From: a virus
Lineage: Duplodnaviria > Heunggongvirae > Uroviricota > Caudoviricetes
Reading direction: 5' to 3' (one strand)
Length of the DNA stretch: 25,147 nucleotides
Virus record (IMG/VR): IMGVR_UViG_2740892230_000012
Positions 1 to 10,959 of the stretch are shown one piece after another. The translations under genes were made by a program, and so were the position numbers. How positions within the stretch are numbered: position 1 is the first letter of the stretch; each line of letters starts with the position of its first letter. The notes beneath the pieces are model-generated. The model did not search any database and was not told the DNA's origin. It saw nothing but the letters and a program-made list of their open reading frames with translations.

Positions 1-105
1 TTCCGAATCCCTGGATATGTTAAATCTTCAGCCCGCCAGCGGTAGGACACTGGCGTTTTTCCTGATGGCTGAAATATATCTGACAATTTCAGTAGAGGAT
101 TAACC

Positions 106-420
106 ATGCATAACGATCAACATAATTATGATTTATGCCTGCAAGCCATAAATGAGCGGGTAAAATCAGAGTGCCTCTTACTCCTCCCACAAGAACACGA
201 TGCAGTAAAATCCATTCAGGCTGAGCCGTATGGACATCTCACACCTGTGACTCTCGGCATTATCGCCAGAGCATTAACACAGCCCATGCTTATGCGTATT
301 AAGACCAATATAAATAACTGGTTGAATGAAGAATTAAGCTACCTTGATTGTGAGTGGGACAATCATTACGCAAAAACACAAAAAGAACGCATCTTCAGTC
401 GATTATCCAGCAACAGATAA
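106..420 (+). CDS. hypothetical protein, 104 aa, no family recognised
   Basis: Intact ATG-to-TAA ORF from the six-frame track; GAGGA Shine-Dalgarno-like motif about 7 nt upstream of the ATG; convergent with gene X fragment whose stop is 9 nt away. Confidence 0.4.
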   Translation: MHNDQHNYDLCLQAINERVKSECLLLLPQEHDAVKSIQAEPYGHLTPVTLGIIARALTQPMLMRIKTNINNWLNEELSYLDCEWDNHYAKTQKERIFSRLSSNR

Positions 421-429
421 CGAGCCACC

Positions 430-617
430 TTATATACGCCCTTTCAGATAAGTCATCCCCGGCTGCATCCAGTCAACAGGTGCTTTCTTAAAGGGCGTAT
501 TATCAAAATCACGCAGAAGAGCCTCCAGCACAACTGCATCATTGTCAGCACCACTGGCCATCATTTCAATCTCAGCTGCTACCTGCAGATATCCCATGCA
601 ACGACCAATGCGCTTCN
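430..617 (-). CDS. hypothetical protein X, C-terminal fragment (copy 1, cut by N-gap at 618)
   Basis: Minus-strand frame ending ...TYLKGRI-stop; about 85 percent identical at DNA level to copies at 646..832 and 23661..23847. Confidence 0.35.
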
Positions 618-645
618 NNNNNNNNNCAACAGATAACGAGCCAGC

Positions 646-832
646 TTATATACGTCCTTTAAGATAAGTCAGTCCTGGATGAAACCAGTAAGCCGGCACT
701 TTTTTAAAGGGCGGATTATCAAAATCACGAAGAAGAGCCTCCCGCACAACTGCATCCTTGTCCGCACCACTGGCCAGCGCTTCAATCTCAGCAGCTATCT
801 GCAGATATCCCATGCAACGGCCAACGCGCTTC
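646..832 (-). CDS. hypothetical protein X, C-terminal fragment (copy 2, cut by N-gap at 833)
   Basis: Variant copy of 430..617; translation ...PAYWFHPGLTYLKGRI-stop. Confidence 0.35.
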
Positions 833-842
833 NNNNNNNNNN

Positions 843-1713
843 CGAGGCCAGATACTGCGAGGTGGTTTTGCCCTTAATGGTGATGTCTTTTTCCGTCACC
901 CAGCCACCATTACGNNNNNNNNNNTGAGGCCAGATACTGCGACGTGGTTTTGCCCTTAATGGTGATGTCTTTTTCTGTCACCCAGCCACCATTACGCTGT
1001 ATCTGAACCAGCAGGCGGACTTCCGACGGATTCCNNNNNNNNNNCTGTATCTGAACCAGCAGGCGAACTTCCGACGGATTCCTGTCTCCCTTTGAGGTGG
1101 TTTCCACCAGTGCCTGTACACCGAAGGTAAAGCGCAGACGGTCGATGTTTGCCGACGTGATGGTCCGGGTGATCGGCGNNNNNNNNNNGCCGAAAGTAAA
1201 ACGCAGACGGTCAATGTTTGCCGACGTGATGGTCCGGGTGATCGGCGNNNNNNNNNNACCGAAGGTAAAGCGCAGACGGTCGATATTTGCAGACGTGATG
1301 GTCCGGGTGATCGGCGTGTCATATTTCACTTCCGTACCCAGCACCGTCTCGGAGCCGGAGGATTCAAATCCCTCCGGCGGAGTCTGCTCCTGCTCACCAG
1401 CCCGGAACACCACCGTGACACCGGCGATGTTGGTATTCCCATCACTGTCCAGCACCGGCGTACTGTTCAGCAGCANNNNNNNNNNTGTCTGCTCCTGCTC
1501 ACCGGCCCGGAACACCACCGTGACGCCGGATATATTGGTATTCCCCTCACTGTCCAGCACCGGCGTACTGTTCAGCAGCACGCTTTTTAATCCATCCACC
1601 GGACCTTCAACCGGCCCTTCGCTGATGGCATCGATCACACTCAGCAGCTGCGTGGACTTCAGGTTGTCCTTCGCTTCGCGCGGGGTATGCCCCTTACTGC
1701 TGCCTTTACCCAT
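843..1713 (-). CDS. J: tail tip host-specificity protein J, N-terminal part only (several allelic segments separated by N10 gaps)
   Basis: Translation MGKGSSKGHTPREAKDNLKSTQLLSVIDAISEGP... matches my recollection of the lambda J N-terminus almost residue for residue; the remainder of J is absent, the reading frame stops at an assembly gap. Confidence 0.85.
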
Positions 1714-1773
1714 TCCTCACGCTCCATAAATGACAAAACCGCCCGCAGGCGGTTTCACATAAAACATTTTGCA

Positions 1774-3087
1774 TCAGCGACCAATCACCACAACCTGACC
1801 ACCGTCCCCTTCGTCTGCCGTGCTGATCTCCTGAGAAACCACGCGTGACCCCACGCGCATTTCACCGTACAGAACCGGCAGAACATTGCCCTGGGCAACC
1901 ATGTTATCCANNNNNNNNNNGACCACCCGCGACCCCACGCGCATTTCACCGTACAGAACGGGCAGAACATTGCCCTGGGCAACCATGTTATCCANNNNNN
2001 NNNNCCGCGACCCCACACGCATTTCACCGTACAGAACAGGCAAAACATTGCCCTGAGCAACCATGTTATCCAGTGAGGAAAAATAGGTGTTCTGTTTGCC
2101 GTTATCTGTACTGGCTGCCGTGGACGTCCTGGCTTTCGGTGCCAGCATCTGCGCCACACCGCCCAGGATCATACTGGCCCCTGCCGNNNNNNNNNNGAGC
2201 ACCATACTGGCACCGAGAGAAAACAGAATGCCGGTCATACCACCGGCACCAATGGCAGCCCCCCATGTTGCAAGAGTGGCTCCGGCGGTAAAGAATGATC
2301 CGGCAATGGCGGCTGCCCCCAGAACAATCTGGAATACGCCCCCTGACTTGGCCCCGGCGACTCTGGGAACAATATGAATCACAGCGCCGTCAGGCAGAAC
2401 CTCATGTAACTGCGCCGTCAATCCGGACGTGCTGACGTCCCGCCCGGCAATCCGTANNNNNNNNNNGACAATCTGGAATACACCACCTGACTTGGCCCCG
2501 GCGACTCTGGGAACAATATGAATCACAGCGCCATCAGGCAGAGTCTCATGTAACTGCGCCGTTAACCCGGACGTGCTGACGTCCCGCCCGGCAATCCGTA
2601 NNNNNNNNNNTGTACTTGCTGCCGTGGGCGTCCTGGCTTTCGGTGCCAGCATCTGAGCCACACCGCCCAGGATCATACTGGCCCCTGCCGCATACATGCC
2701 CGATACAGCCGCGGCACCCAGCCAGCCCACAGGGTTCCACCATGCCACCGCAATCAGCGCCGCCCCCAGCACCACCTGAAACACACCGCCACTTTTAGCT
2801 CCCGCCAGACGCGGCACGATATGGATCACGGCACCATTTGCCAGCGGCTCATTAAGACGAGCAGACAATTCGGTTTCACCTGCATCACGCCCGGCAATGC
2901 GCACCTGATACCAGCCGTCGCTCAGTTTCTGACGAAACGCCGGGAGCTGTGTGGCCAGTGCCCGGATGGCTTCAGCCCCCGTTTTCACACGAAGGTCGAT
3001 GCGGCGACCAAATCGTTGTAAATCCCCGTAAAGGCAGATGCGCGCCATGCCCGGTGACGCCAGAGGGAGTGTGTGCGTCGCTGCCAT
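1774..3087 (-). CDS. I: tail assembly protein I (length inflated by duplicated allelic segments)
   Basis: MAATHTLPLASPGMARICLYGDLQRFGRRIDLRVKTGAEAIRALATQLPAFRQKLSDGWYQVRIAGRD... and C-terminal ...VVSQEISTADEGDGGQVVVIGR match recalled lambda I; the 437-aa ORF reads through six N10 gaps. Confidence 0.85.
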   Translation of the reverse strand: MAATHTLPLASPGMARICLYGDLQRFGRRIDLRVKTGAEAIRALATQLPAFRQKLSDGWYQVRIAGRDAGETELSARLNEPLANGAVIHIVPRLAGAKSGGVFQVVLGAALIAVAWWNPVGWLGAAAVSGMYAAGASMILGGVAQMLAPKARTPTAASTXXXXRIAGRDVSTSGLTAQLHETLPDGAVIHIVPRVAGAKSGGVFQIVXXXXRIAGRDVSTSGLTAQLHEVLPDGAVIHIVPRVAGAKSGGVFQIVLGAAAIAGSFFTAGATLATWGAAIGAGGMTGILFSLGASMVLXXXXAGASMILGGVAQMLAPKARTSTAASTDNGKQNTYFSSLDNMVAQGNVLPVLYGEMRVGSRXXXXDNMVAQGNVLPVLYGEMRVGSRVVXXXXDNMVAQGNVLPVLYGEMRVGSRVVSQEISTADEGDGGQVVVIGR

Positions 3088-4172
3088 TTGTCGGTATACC
3101 TCTCTCGTTTGCTCAGTTGTTCAGGAATATGGTGCAGCAGCTCGCCGTCACCACAGTAAATGGCGGCATGATTCGGCACCGATGAACCAAAACAGCACAG
3201 CAGCACATCGCCCGNNNNNNNNNNGTACCTCTCTCGTTTGCTCAGTTGTTCAGGAAGATGGTGCAGCAGCTCGCCGTCGCCGCAGTAAATTGCGGCGTGA
3301 TTCGGCACTGATGAACCAAAACAGCACAGCAGCACATCGCCCGGCTGCGCCTCTGTCAGTGCGACACGGTAAAAACCAGTAGCCTCCATATTGTCAAGAT
3401 AGAGATTCTGACCGTGACGCCACCAGTCATNNNNNNNNNNTGCCGCTGACAACGGCACCTGATACAGCCCCGTCGCCTCCAGATTATCCAGATAGAGATT
3501 CTGGCCGTTACGCCACCAGTCATCCTCACGATGAAAGTCCGGCATCTCAATCCCCGCCAGATGATAAGCATNNNNNNNNNNTATCCCCGCGATGAAAATC
3601 CGGCATCTCAATTCCCGCCAGATGGTAAGCGTCCCGGAACAGCGTGTAACAGTCCGTTACCCCGTGCTCAAAGCGCCGCCCGGTGAGATGCGGCACACAG
3701 CGGAACTTATGAATCGTCCCCCGGCAGACCAGCCACCACGGCAAATCACTCTGCACCTGCAGCCGCCGGTCGGCCTCACTCAGCCAGGGCAGACCACCGG
3801 GGTGGCTGTGGACCAGCGCCACAATCTCACCCTGCATTTCTGCCTGCAGCCAGTCTTCCGGCGACATACGGAAATACGCCTCCGGCTCACCGGAGATATT
3901 CACGCAGGGAAANNNNNNNNNNTCCCTGCATTTCTGCACTCAGCCAGTCCTCCGGCGACATCCGGAAATACTCCTCCGGCTCACCGGAGATATTCACGCA
4001 GGGAAANNNNNNNNNNCTCCGGAGCCATCCGGAAATAATCCTCCGGCTCACCGGAAATATTCACGCAGGGAAAATATCTTTCCCCCTCCGGCGCTCTCAC
4101 CACGAAGCCGCACGACTCCGCTGGCGCACATCGCCGGGCGTGCGCCAGAATCGCTGATTCTGTCTCTGTCAT
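2985..4172 (-). CDS. K: tail assembly protein K (inflated by duplicated segments)
   Basis: MTETESAILAHARRCAPAESCGFVV...GEPEAYFRMSPEDWLQAEMQGEIVALVHSHPGG... through ...WRASAFTGIYNDLVAASTFV match recalled lambda K; the 3-prime end overlaps the I start, as in lambda. Confidence 0.85.
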
Positions 4173-4177
4173 GGGAT

Positions 4178-4901
4178 TTACTGCGAAAGTTTGTTAATGG
4201 AAAGGAAGCTGCCAAAGTTGCCGACGTTATTGCGAAACTTACAGCCGCTCAGGCATTTGCTGCATTTATCCTTCGTGATATCGGACGTCGGCTGGTCATA
4301 TTCATCCGCGACTGCCGGACCGTGATAACCGCACTCATCACCGCGATAGGTCCAGGTGCAGGTGTTGGCCAGCATGATACGCCCCGGAAAAACAGCACCA
4401 TCCGTTTCCGTCGGTGTGGAGAGCACAAAGGAGGCACTGACCGCACTCANNNNNNNNNNTGGACAGTACAAAGGAGGCACTCACCGCGCTCAGTTCGCTG
4501 CACTGCTCGATGCGCCAGCGGCTGATCACCTCCTGCTCCGGATCGGCGTCGCTGTTTCCGTTGACGAAGTTCACCGCATCCAGAAAACGGGCGTAAACCT
4601 TACGCCGGACCACCGTTCCGCCGACCAGACTCTGCAGATCTTCCGCCATCCCGGTGACCATACCGTACAGGTTAGAAACCGTCAGCGTGGGGCGCGTACT
4701 GGTGCCTTTGCCATTCAGTTCAAAACCACTCCCCTGAATGGGATACGGCTGATACTGTCGCCCCTGCCAGGTGACCGGCTCACCTTTTTCGTNNNNNNNN
4801 NNTCCACCGACCTCTGTCAGGTCGATTTCCCAGAGCACCACGCTGGCCGACTGCTCCGCACGGGTGCATTCATTCAGTGTTTCCTGCCGGATATCCTGCA
4901 T
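4178..4901 (-). CDS. L: minor tail protein L (lambda-like allele, two internal N10 gaps)
   Basis: MQDIRQETLNECTRAEQSASVVLWEIDLTEVGG... and C-terminus ...CKFRNNVGNFGSFLSINKLSQ match recalled lambda L. Confidence 0.85.
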
Positions 4902-5233
4902 CAGTTCACCACCTGTTCAAACTCTGCGCTGAACTCAACACGCAGCATACTGACCCGCGACGACCATTTTGCGCAGGTCACCTTTATCTGCCGCCACTCA
5001 TAAGGCGGCGTCCACAGAAAGGCTTTCCAGCCCCCGTGCTCTTCCAGAAACGACTCCAGTACCGTGGCCTCCTCACGGGGGACAGAAAGCGTCACGCTGT
5101 ACGTTTTCAGGTTGGCATTCAGCCCGGCAGGCGCTCGCTGAGAATAGCCATCACCAAAGCGCACCTTTCTTACAGAAGGGGCCGAAGCCACATCCATACC
5201 GGGTTTCACTTTCCAGCGGAAGGTCTTCATCAT
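4901..5233 (-). CDS. M: minor tail protein M (lambda-like allele)
   Basis: 110-aa ORF MMKTFRWKVKPGMDVASAPSVRKVRFGDGYSQRAPAGLNANLKTYSVTLSVPREEATVLESFLEEHGGWKAFLWTPPYEWRQIKVTCAKWSSRVSMLRVEFSAEFEQVVN, essentially my recollection of lambda M. Confidence 0.9.
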   Translation of the reverse strand: MMKTFRWKVKPGMDVASAPSVRKVRFGDGYSQRAPAGLNANLKTYSVTLSVPREEATVLESFLEEHGGWKAFLWTPPYEWRQIKVTCAKWSSRVSMLRVEFSAEFEQVVN

Positions 5234-5522
5234 CCACCTCCGGAGAACAGACCACCATCGCGCATCTGTGCCTGAATTTCATCACGGGCACCCTTGCGGG
5301 CCATGTCATACACCGCCTTCAGAGCAGCCGGACCTATCTGCCCGTTCGTGCCGTCGTTGTTAATCACCACATGGTTATTCTGCTCAAACGTCCCGGACGC
5401 CTGCGACCGGCTGTCTGCCATGCTGCCCGGTGTACCGACATAACCGCCGGTGGCATAGCCGCGCATCAGCCGGTAAAGATTCCCCACGCCAATCCGGCTG
5501 GTTGCCTCCTTCGTGAAGACAA
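5230..5522 (-). CDS. H: tape measure protein H, C-terminal fragment (lambda-like allele, cut by N-gap at 5523)
   Basis: ...VFTKEATSRIGVGNLYRLMRGYATGGYVGTPGSMADSRSQASGTFEQNNHVVINNDGTNGQIGPAALKAVYDMARKGARDEIQAQMRDGGLFSGGG matches the recalled lambda H C-terminus. Confidence 0.75.
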
Positions 5523-5532
5523 NNNNNNNNNN

Positions 5533-5770
5533 TGTAACCATAAGGCGGCGTCCACAGAAAGGCCTTCCAGCCCCCGTGCTCAGCCAGAAACGACTCCAGC
5601 GCCGTGGCCTCCTCACGGGAGACAGACAGCGTCACGCTGTACGTTTTCAGGTCAGCGTTCAGCCCGGCAGGCGCACGCTGGGAATAGCCATCACCAAAGC
5701 GCACCGCCCTGACGGAAGGAGCCGATGTCACATCCATCCCGGGTTTCACTTTCCAGCGGAAGGTTTTCAT
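5533..5770 (-). CDS. M: minor tail protein M, N-terminal part (second allele, cut by N-gap)
   Basis: MKTFRWKVKPGMDVTSAPSVRAVRFGDGYSQRAPAGLNADLKTYSVTLSVSREEATALESFLAEHGGWKAFLWTPPYGY, a close variant of lambda M. Confidence 0.75.
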
Positions 5771-6421
5771 CGTCCACCTCCGGAGAACAGACCACCATCG
5801 CGCATCTGTGCCTGAATTTCATCACGGGCACCCTTGCGGGCCATGTCATACACTGCCTTCATCATCTGTGGACCTGGCAGACCATTCGTACCGTCGTTCT
5901 GAATCACCACGTGATTGTTCTGATTAAAATTAATGCCTTCCGTCCGCCGCATCTGCGCCGGACTTCCGGCACCGCCCACATAACCACCTTCCGCATAGCC
6001 CCGCATCAGGCGGTACAGATTGCCGACACCAATCCGGCTGGTCGCCTCCTTCGTGAAGACAAACTCCCCGCGATGAACAATTCCCGCAGGTTCATATTTA
6101 CCCCCCGTCCCCGTAAATCCCCCGGTCGCGAAATGGAAGTTCGCCGCCGCAGCCTGAATGGCCGTCCCCGTGGAGGCAGACGCACCACCACCGAAAGCAC
6201 CGCCAATGGCGCTGCCGATACTCCCGACTATCCCCACCATCGCCTGCTTCAGAAAAATCTCTGTCAGCATGGAGAGCACAGAACGGGTGAAACCACGCCA
6301 GTTCTGTTCGCTGCCGGTCAGCATCGCTGCCATATTCTGTGCAATACCGTCAAAGGTCTGCGTGGCCGCGTTTTTAACCTGCGAAAAACTGTCCGTCGCA
6401 CTTTCCGCCCACTCGCCCCAG
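5767..6421 (-). CDS. H: tape measure protein H, C-terminal ~190 aa (second lambda-like allele)
   Basis: MAAMLTGSEQNWRGFTRSVLSMLTEIFLKQAMVGIVGSIGSAIGG...GGKYEPAGIVHRGEFVFTKEATSRIGVGNLYRLMRGYAEGGYVGG... matches recalled lambda H C-terminal region. Confidence 0.8.
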
Positions 6422-6431
6422 NNNNNNNNNN

Positions 6432-7073
6432 GAACTTACAACCGCTCAGGCATTTGCTACATTTATCCTTCGTGATATCGGACGTTGGCTGGTCATATTC
6501 ATCCGCGACCGCCGGACCGTGATAACCGCACTCATCACCGCGATAGGTCCAGGTGCAGGTGTTGGCCAGCATGATACGTCCCGGAAAAACGGCACCGTCC
6601 GTTTCCGTCGGCGTGGAGAGCACAAAGGAGGCACTGACCGCACTCAGTTCGCTGCACTGCTCGATGCGCCAGCGGCTGATCACCTCCTGCTCCGGATCGG
6701 CGTCGCTGTTTCCGTTGACGAAGTTCACCGCATCCAGAAAACGGGCGTAAACCTTACGCCTGACCACCGTTCCGCCGACCAGACTCTGCAGGTCTTCCGC
6801 CATCCCGGTGACCATGCCGTGCAGGTTAGAGACCGTCAGTGTCGGACGGGCAGCACTGCCCTTACCGTTCAGTTCAAATCCCGTCCCCTGAATGGGGTAT
6901 GCCTGATACTGCCGCCCCTGCCAGGTGACCGGCTCACCTTTTTCGTTCTGCTCATTACAGAAAAAATAACGTTCACCACCGACCTCTGTCAGATCGATTT
7001 CCCAGAGCACCACCTGGGCTGACTGAGTAAGGCGTGTCGTCTCATGATGTGTTTCCTGTGAAATATCCTGCAT
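6432..7073 (-). CDS. L: minor tail protein L (second allele, 3-prime end cut by N-gap)
   Basis: MQDISQETHHETTRLTQSAQVVLWEIDLTEVGGERYFFCNEQNEKGEPVTWQGRQYQAYPIQGTGFELNGKG... is a divergent but clear lambda L homologue. Confidence 0.8.
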
Positions 7074-7082
7074 CAGGGCCTC

Positions 7083-7412
7083 CTATGCCACGACCTGTTC
7101 AAAATCTGCCGTTATGGTTACCCACAGCGCCCCCACGCTTGCCGACCATTTACGACAAACCACCCTGATCGGCTTCCAGTCATAAGGTGGCGTCCACTGA
7201 AATGCGCGGACGCCACCGTGCCGTTCCAGAAAGGCTTTTAAAGATGGGTGTTCGCATTTACGAACACGTATCGTCACGCTGTAAGTCGACAACTGGTTAT
7301 TCAGTCCCGCCGCACGACGCTGTTCATAACCATCGCCCAGCTTCACTGTCACCACTTTCGGCTCTGATACCACATTCATATCCGGGCGCACTTTCCAGTG
7401 AAACGTCTCCAT
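7083..7412 (-). CDS. M: minor tail protein M (divergent third allele)
   Basis: METFHWKVRPDMNVVSEPKVVTVKLGDGYEQRRAAGLNNQLSTYSVTIRVRKCEHPSLKAFLERHGGVRAFQWTPPYDWKPIRVVCRKWSASVGALWVTITADFEQVVA; same architecture as lambda M at roughly half identity; start ATG overlaps the upstream H stop (TAATG). Confidence 0.85.
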   Translation of the reverse strand: METFHWKVRPDMNVVSEPKVVTVKLGDGYEQRRAAGLNNQLSTYSVTIRVRKCEHPSLKAFLERHGGVRAFQWTPPYDWKPIRVVCRKWSASVGALWVTITADFEQVVA

Positions 7413-8210
7413 TACCGATATGCTCCACTTAACCGACCACCATCACGGGCCTGCTGTTGCATAAAGTCCGCTGCTGCTTTTTTCCCGAGGTCATAAACCA
7501 CCTTCAGGGCAGCCGGACCTATCTGCCCGTTCGTGCCATCGTTATTGATCTCGATGTTGTACTGCGGGGCAAACATCGCCATACCTGAACCACCAATATC
7601 CGCCACAACCCCCAGCTTACCGTCAGCACCACGACGCAGAGGCAGAATGGCTTCAGGCCCAGCTTCCCCCATCACACCTGCACCTTTTGCAAAAGCAAAA
7701 AACGTCGGACGGTTAANNNNNNNNNNTGGCAGAATGGCTTCAGGTCCAGCTTCCCCCATCACACCCGCGCCTTTTGCAAAAGCAAAAAACGTCGGACGGT
7801 TAACCACCGTGCCACTGTAGCGACTCAAATCAGCCGACTGATAAACACCGCCATCAGCATTGGCTACAAAATCAAAAGGCAGCGCGGAAGCAATGCCTTT
7901 TACCGCTTTCATTAAAGCTATCTGAGCCATGATTCTGGACATATCTGACAGCACAGAAGAGGTGAAGGATTTGAAATTGAGTTTGCCTGTAGTACAGAAT
8001 GTCGCCAGCCAGTCACTCATGCTACTGAACGCAGACGTGAACAACTGTTCCACTGTCCCGGCTGTGTTATCCGCATTCTCAGTGACATTCTGGAGTGCAC
8101 GCAGGACTCCGTTTTTCCAGTCACCCTGAGCAATTTCAAGCTGTTGCCAATAACGGCGATTCTCATTCAGTTGTCGGTTCAGGCTCTCCGTCAGCGCCTG
8201 CTCGGCCTTT
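7412..8210 (-). CDS. H: tape measure protein H, C-terminal region (divergent allele, internal N-gap at 7717)
   Basis: ...TTGKLNFKSFTSSVLSDMSRIMAQIALMKAVKGIASALPFDFVANADGGVYQS...NNDGTNGQIGPAALKVVYDLGKKAAADFMQQQARDGGRLSGAYR parallels the lambda H C-terminus; 8054..8210 is a variant copy of 8460..8600. Confidence 0.75.
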
Positions 8211-8220
8211 NNNNNNNNNN

Positions 8221-10959
8221 AGACTGATAAACACCACCATCAGCATTGGGCGTCACACTGGCAGTTGCTGCACTCCCCCAGCCAAACGCCGAACCAATCC
8301 CCTTAACTGCCTGCATCATGGACATCTGAGCCATGATTTTTGCCAGATCAGAAAGGAGCGAGGCGGTAAAAGATTTGAAGTTCAGTTTTCCGGTGGTACA
8401 GAATGTTGCCAGTGCATTACCTGCACTATTAAATGCCGCTGTAAGCATCTGCTCCGCAGTGCCTGCCGCATTATCCGCATCTGCCGTGAAATTCTGAAAC
8501 GCCCGCATGGCACCGTTTTTCCAGTTACCCTGAGCAATTTCAAGCTGTTGCCAGTAACGGCGATTCTCATTCAGTTGCCTGTTCAGGCTCTCCGTCAGCG
8601 CCTGCTCGGCCTTTCTGTAGTCATCCGTGTTATATGTCCCTTTCTGCTCACTATCCCGCCTCAACTGCTCCAGCTGTTGCTGGTATTTCTGGCGAAGGCT
8701 CAGTTGTACCTGATATCGCTGCCGCTGCTGATCACCCATACCCACCGTGGCGATATCCAGGTCATGTTGCTGACGCTGAGCGCGCTCTTCTTCAGCCAGT
8801 TGACTGGTCAGCTGAATTGTTTTTTTCTTCAGATCGTTGAGTGCCGTCTGTTTCTGAAGCTCCTGCTGTTTTACATCCAGCAGCGTCAGTGCCTGAATCA
8901 GTTCATCTTTACGGGCCAGCACACTCTTTTCATCTGCCGTCAGTTTTTTCCCGTCCAGGTCGCTGATGCGCTGCTGCAGAGCCAGAAGCTGTTTATGCGC
9001 TTCTGTCATCCTGTCAGTGGCAATGCCTGCTGACTGTCTGGCAGCAGCAATCTGCCCTTCCACCTGTGCCTGTTGCTGGCTGTACTGCAGCAATAACCGG
9101 GTGGCCTCATCATTACGGGTTTCGCGTGTTTTTTTCTTACCGGATGCCAGGGCTTTCTCGTAACGTTCATTTTCACGTTGTATCGCCGCATCCCTGACAG
9201 CCTGATCGGCGTACTGCATGGCATTAATACGCGCAATTTCACGCTGATGTCGTGCTGCTTCCGTTTCATTCATCCGGTTCAGTGCAGCATTTTCAGCATT
9301 ACGGCGTTTCTGTTGCTCCTGATAATTCCGCTCTGCCTGCTCTTTTGCATCCTGCAAATCCTTCTGGCGTTTTTTCTCCTGAAGCTCGTTAAGACGCTGC
9401 TGATCGTATTCAACCTGAGAAGATGATGCCGTCCAGGGGAGTCTTTTCGCCCGCGATACTTTCTCCTGCAAAGTGGCAATCTGCGCATCCAGCGAATCTT
9501 CACGACCAATATTCATGGCCGCATCCCAGAACTGCTTCCACCAGTCAGACAAGGTTTGCAGCGTACTACCCAGCGCATTGAGGTTATTATCAATATCCGC
9601 AGTACGCCGACCGGTTTCCTCTGCCAGTGCAAACATGGCTATCCGTGCAGCATCACTGGACCGTCCCTGATCCCCAAGGACACGTATCTGCTCAAGCTGA
9701 GTGGCAGTAAGAAAATGCAGCTCATTGTCCAGAGCCTTCGCGGCATTTACAGGATCATCCTTCAGCCGCTTAAACTGATTTATGGTATCGCTGACCGACT
9801 GGCCAACCGATCGCTCCATCTGTGCGGCAGCTCTCGCCACCATACCGATATCGTTTCCACGAAATGCACCACTCCCCACCACCTGAGCCAGCGCACCGGC
9901 TGCAGCATGTTGCGTGATACCATTCCCGGAAATAGCACGACTAAGCGTCCACAGCTGCCCGGCAGTGACTCCGGCATAATGCCCCGTCAGCGACAACTGG
10001 CGGTTAAATTCTTCCCCCTCCTTCTGACCGTCATACCAGGCTTTACCCAGACCATAGACGGCCGCGGCAATACCGCCAATAACCCCGCCCAGCATCATGC
10101 CTTTCGGTGACATCAGTGTGTCTATCCATCCGGCACGGTTAGCCAGCGTTATCCCGGATCCCCTCAGCGCACCTAAATTGCCGCGAGCCAGTTCACCTAT
10201 CAGAACGCCGATCTCCTGGCGGGCCGCTGCACTTTTCAGACCCAGCGAATGCGTGGCTTTTCCTGCCTGCTCCATTTTGCGGATATACACTTCTGCAGCA
10301 CTGCTTACCCCCAGCTGGGCAGCCTTAGCACGAAGCAACTCAGAAGAAGAAAGATTCTGGCGGGTTGCCTGCTCTTTAAGCTGACGGATAAACGCCACTT
10401 TCTGTCGGGTAGCCTCTTCCTCAGCCTGTGTAAGAACACGGGTTTTCGCCGTAACCTCAGAAATCAGCGCCAGATAATCCTGCTGACCAATCCCGCCACT
10501 GTTTCTGGCCTGTCGGATCTGCTGCTGAATACGCTGTAACTCCTGCAACCCCGCGCTGGCCTGTTTCACACTGTCAATCTGACGATAAAACGCAGCAGCC
10601 GCTTTATCCTGAGCCTCCGCCAGAGCCATGGCCTGTGCCTGTTCCTCGCGCATTTTCTGGCTCAGTGCCTCCATACGCTGGCGGGTTTGCTCCACCTCGC
10701 GGGCCATGCGTTCATGAGCCTGTGCGTTCTTCTCCACCGTCTGCGCATGGACGGAGGCGGCTGTTGCAGCCGAAGAAGCCGCCTGCGTTGTCTGCCGGGC
10801 GGCCTGAGTCTGACGCTCCATAAAACGCTGCATACGGGCAGAAGACCGTTCTGCATCGCTGGCGGCACCATTCAGAAGGTTTTTGATACGGGGAATTTCA
10901 TTTTTAAACTCTGCCGCATCAATCCCCAAATCAATGACCAGGTTGGCTATCTGGTCCAT
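8221..10959 (-). CDS. H: tail tape measure protein H, main body
   Basis: Long coiled-coil-rich ORF in the H position, uninterrupted by N gaps; proposed start MDQIANLVIDLGIDAAEF resembles recalled lambda H MAEPVGDLVVDLSLDAARF; GGAGGTG Shine-Dalgarno motif 6 nt upstream of the ATG at 10959. Confidence 0.85.

Noticed and set aside
8095-10110. Plus-strand ORFs of 184 to 312 aa (8095..9033, 9556..10110) and many shorter ones opposite the tail and head genes
   Set aside because: They lie antisense to strongly supported minus-strand genes (H, portal, capsid), have low-complexity translations and no recognisable family; treated as shadow ORFs.
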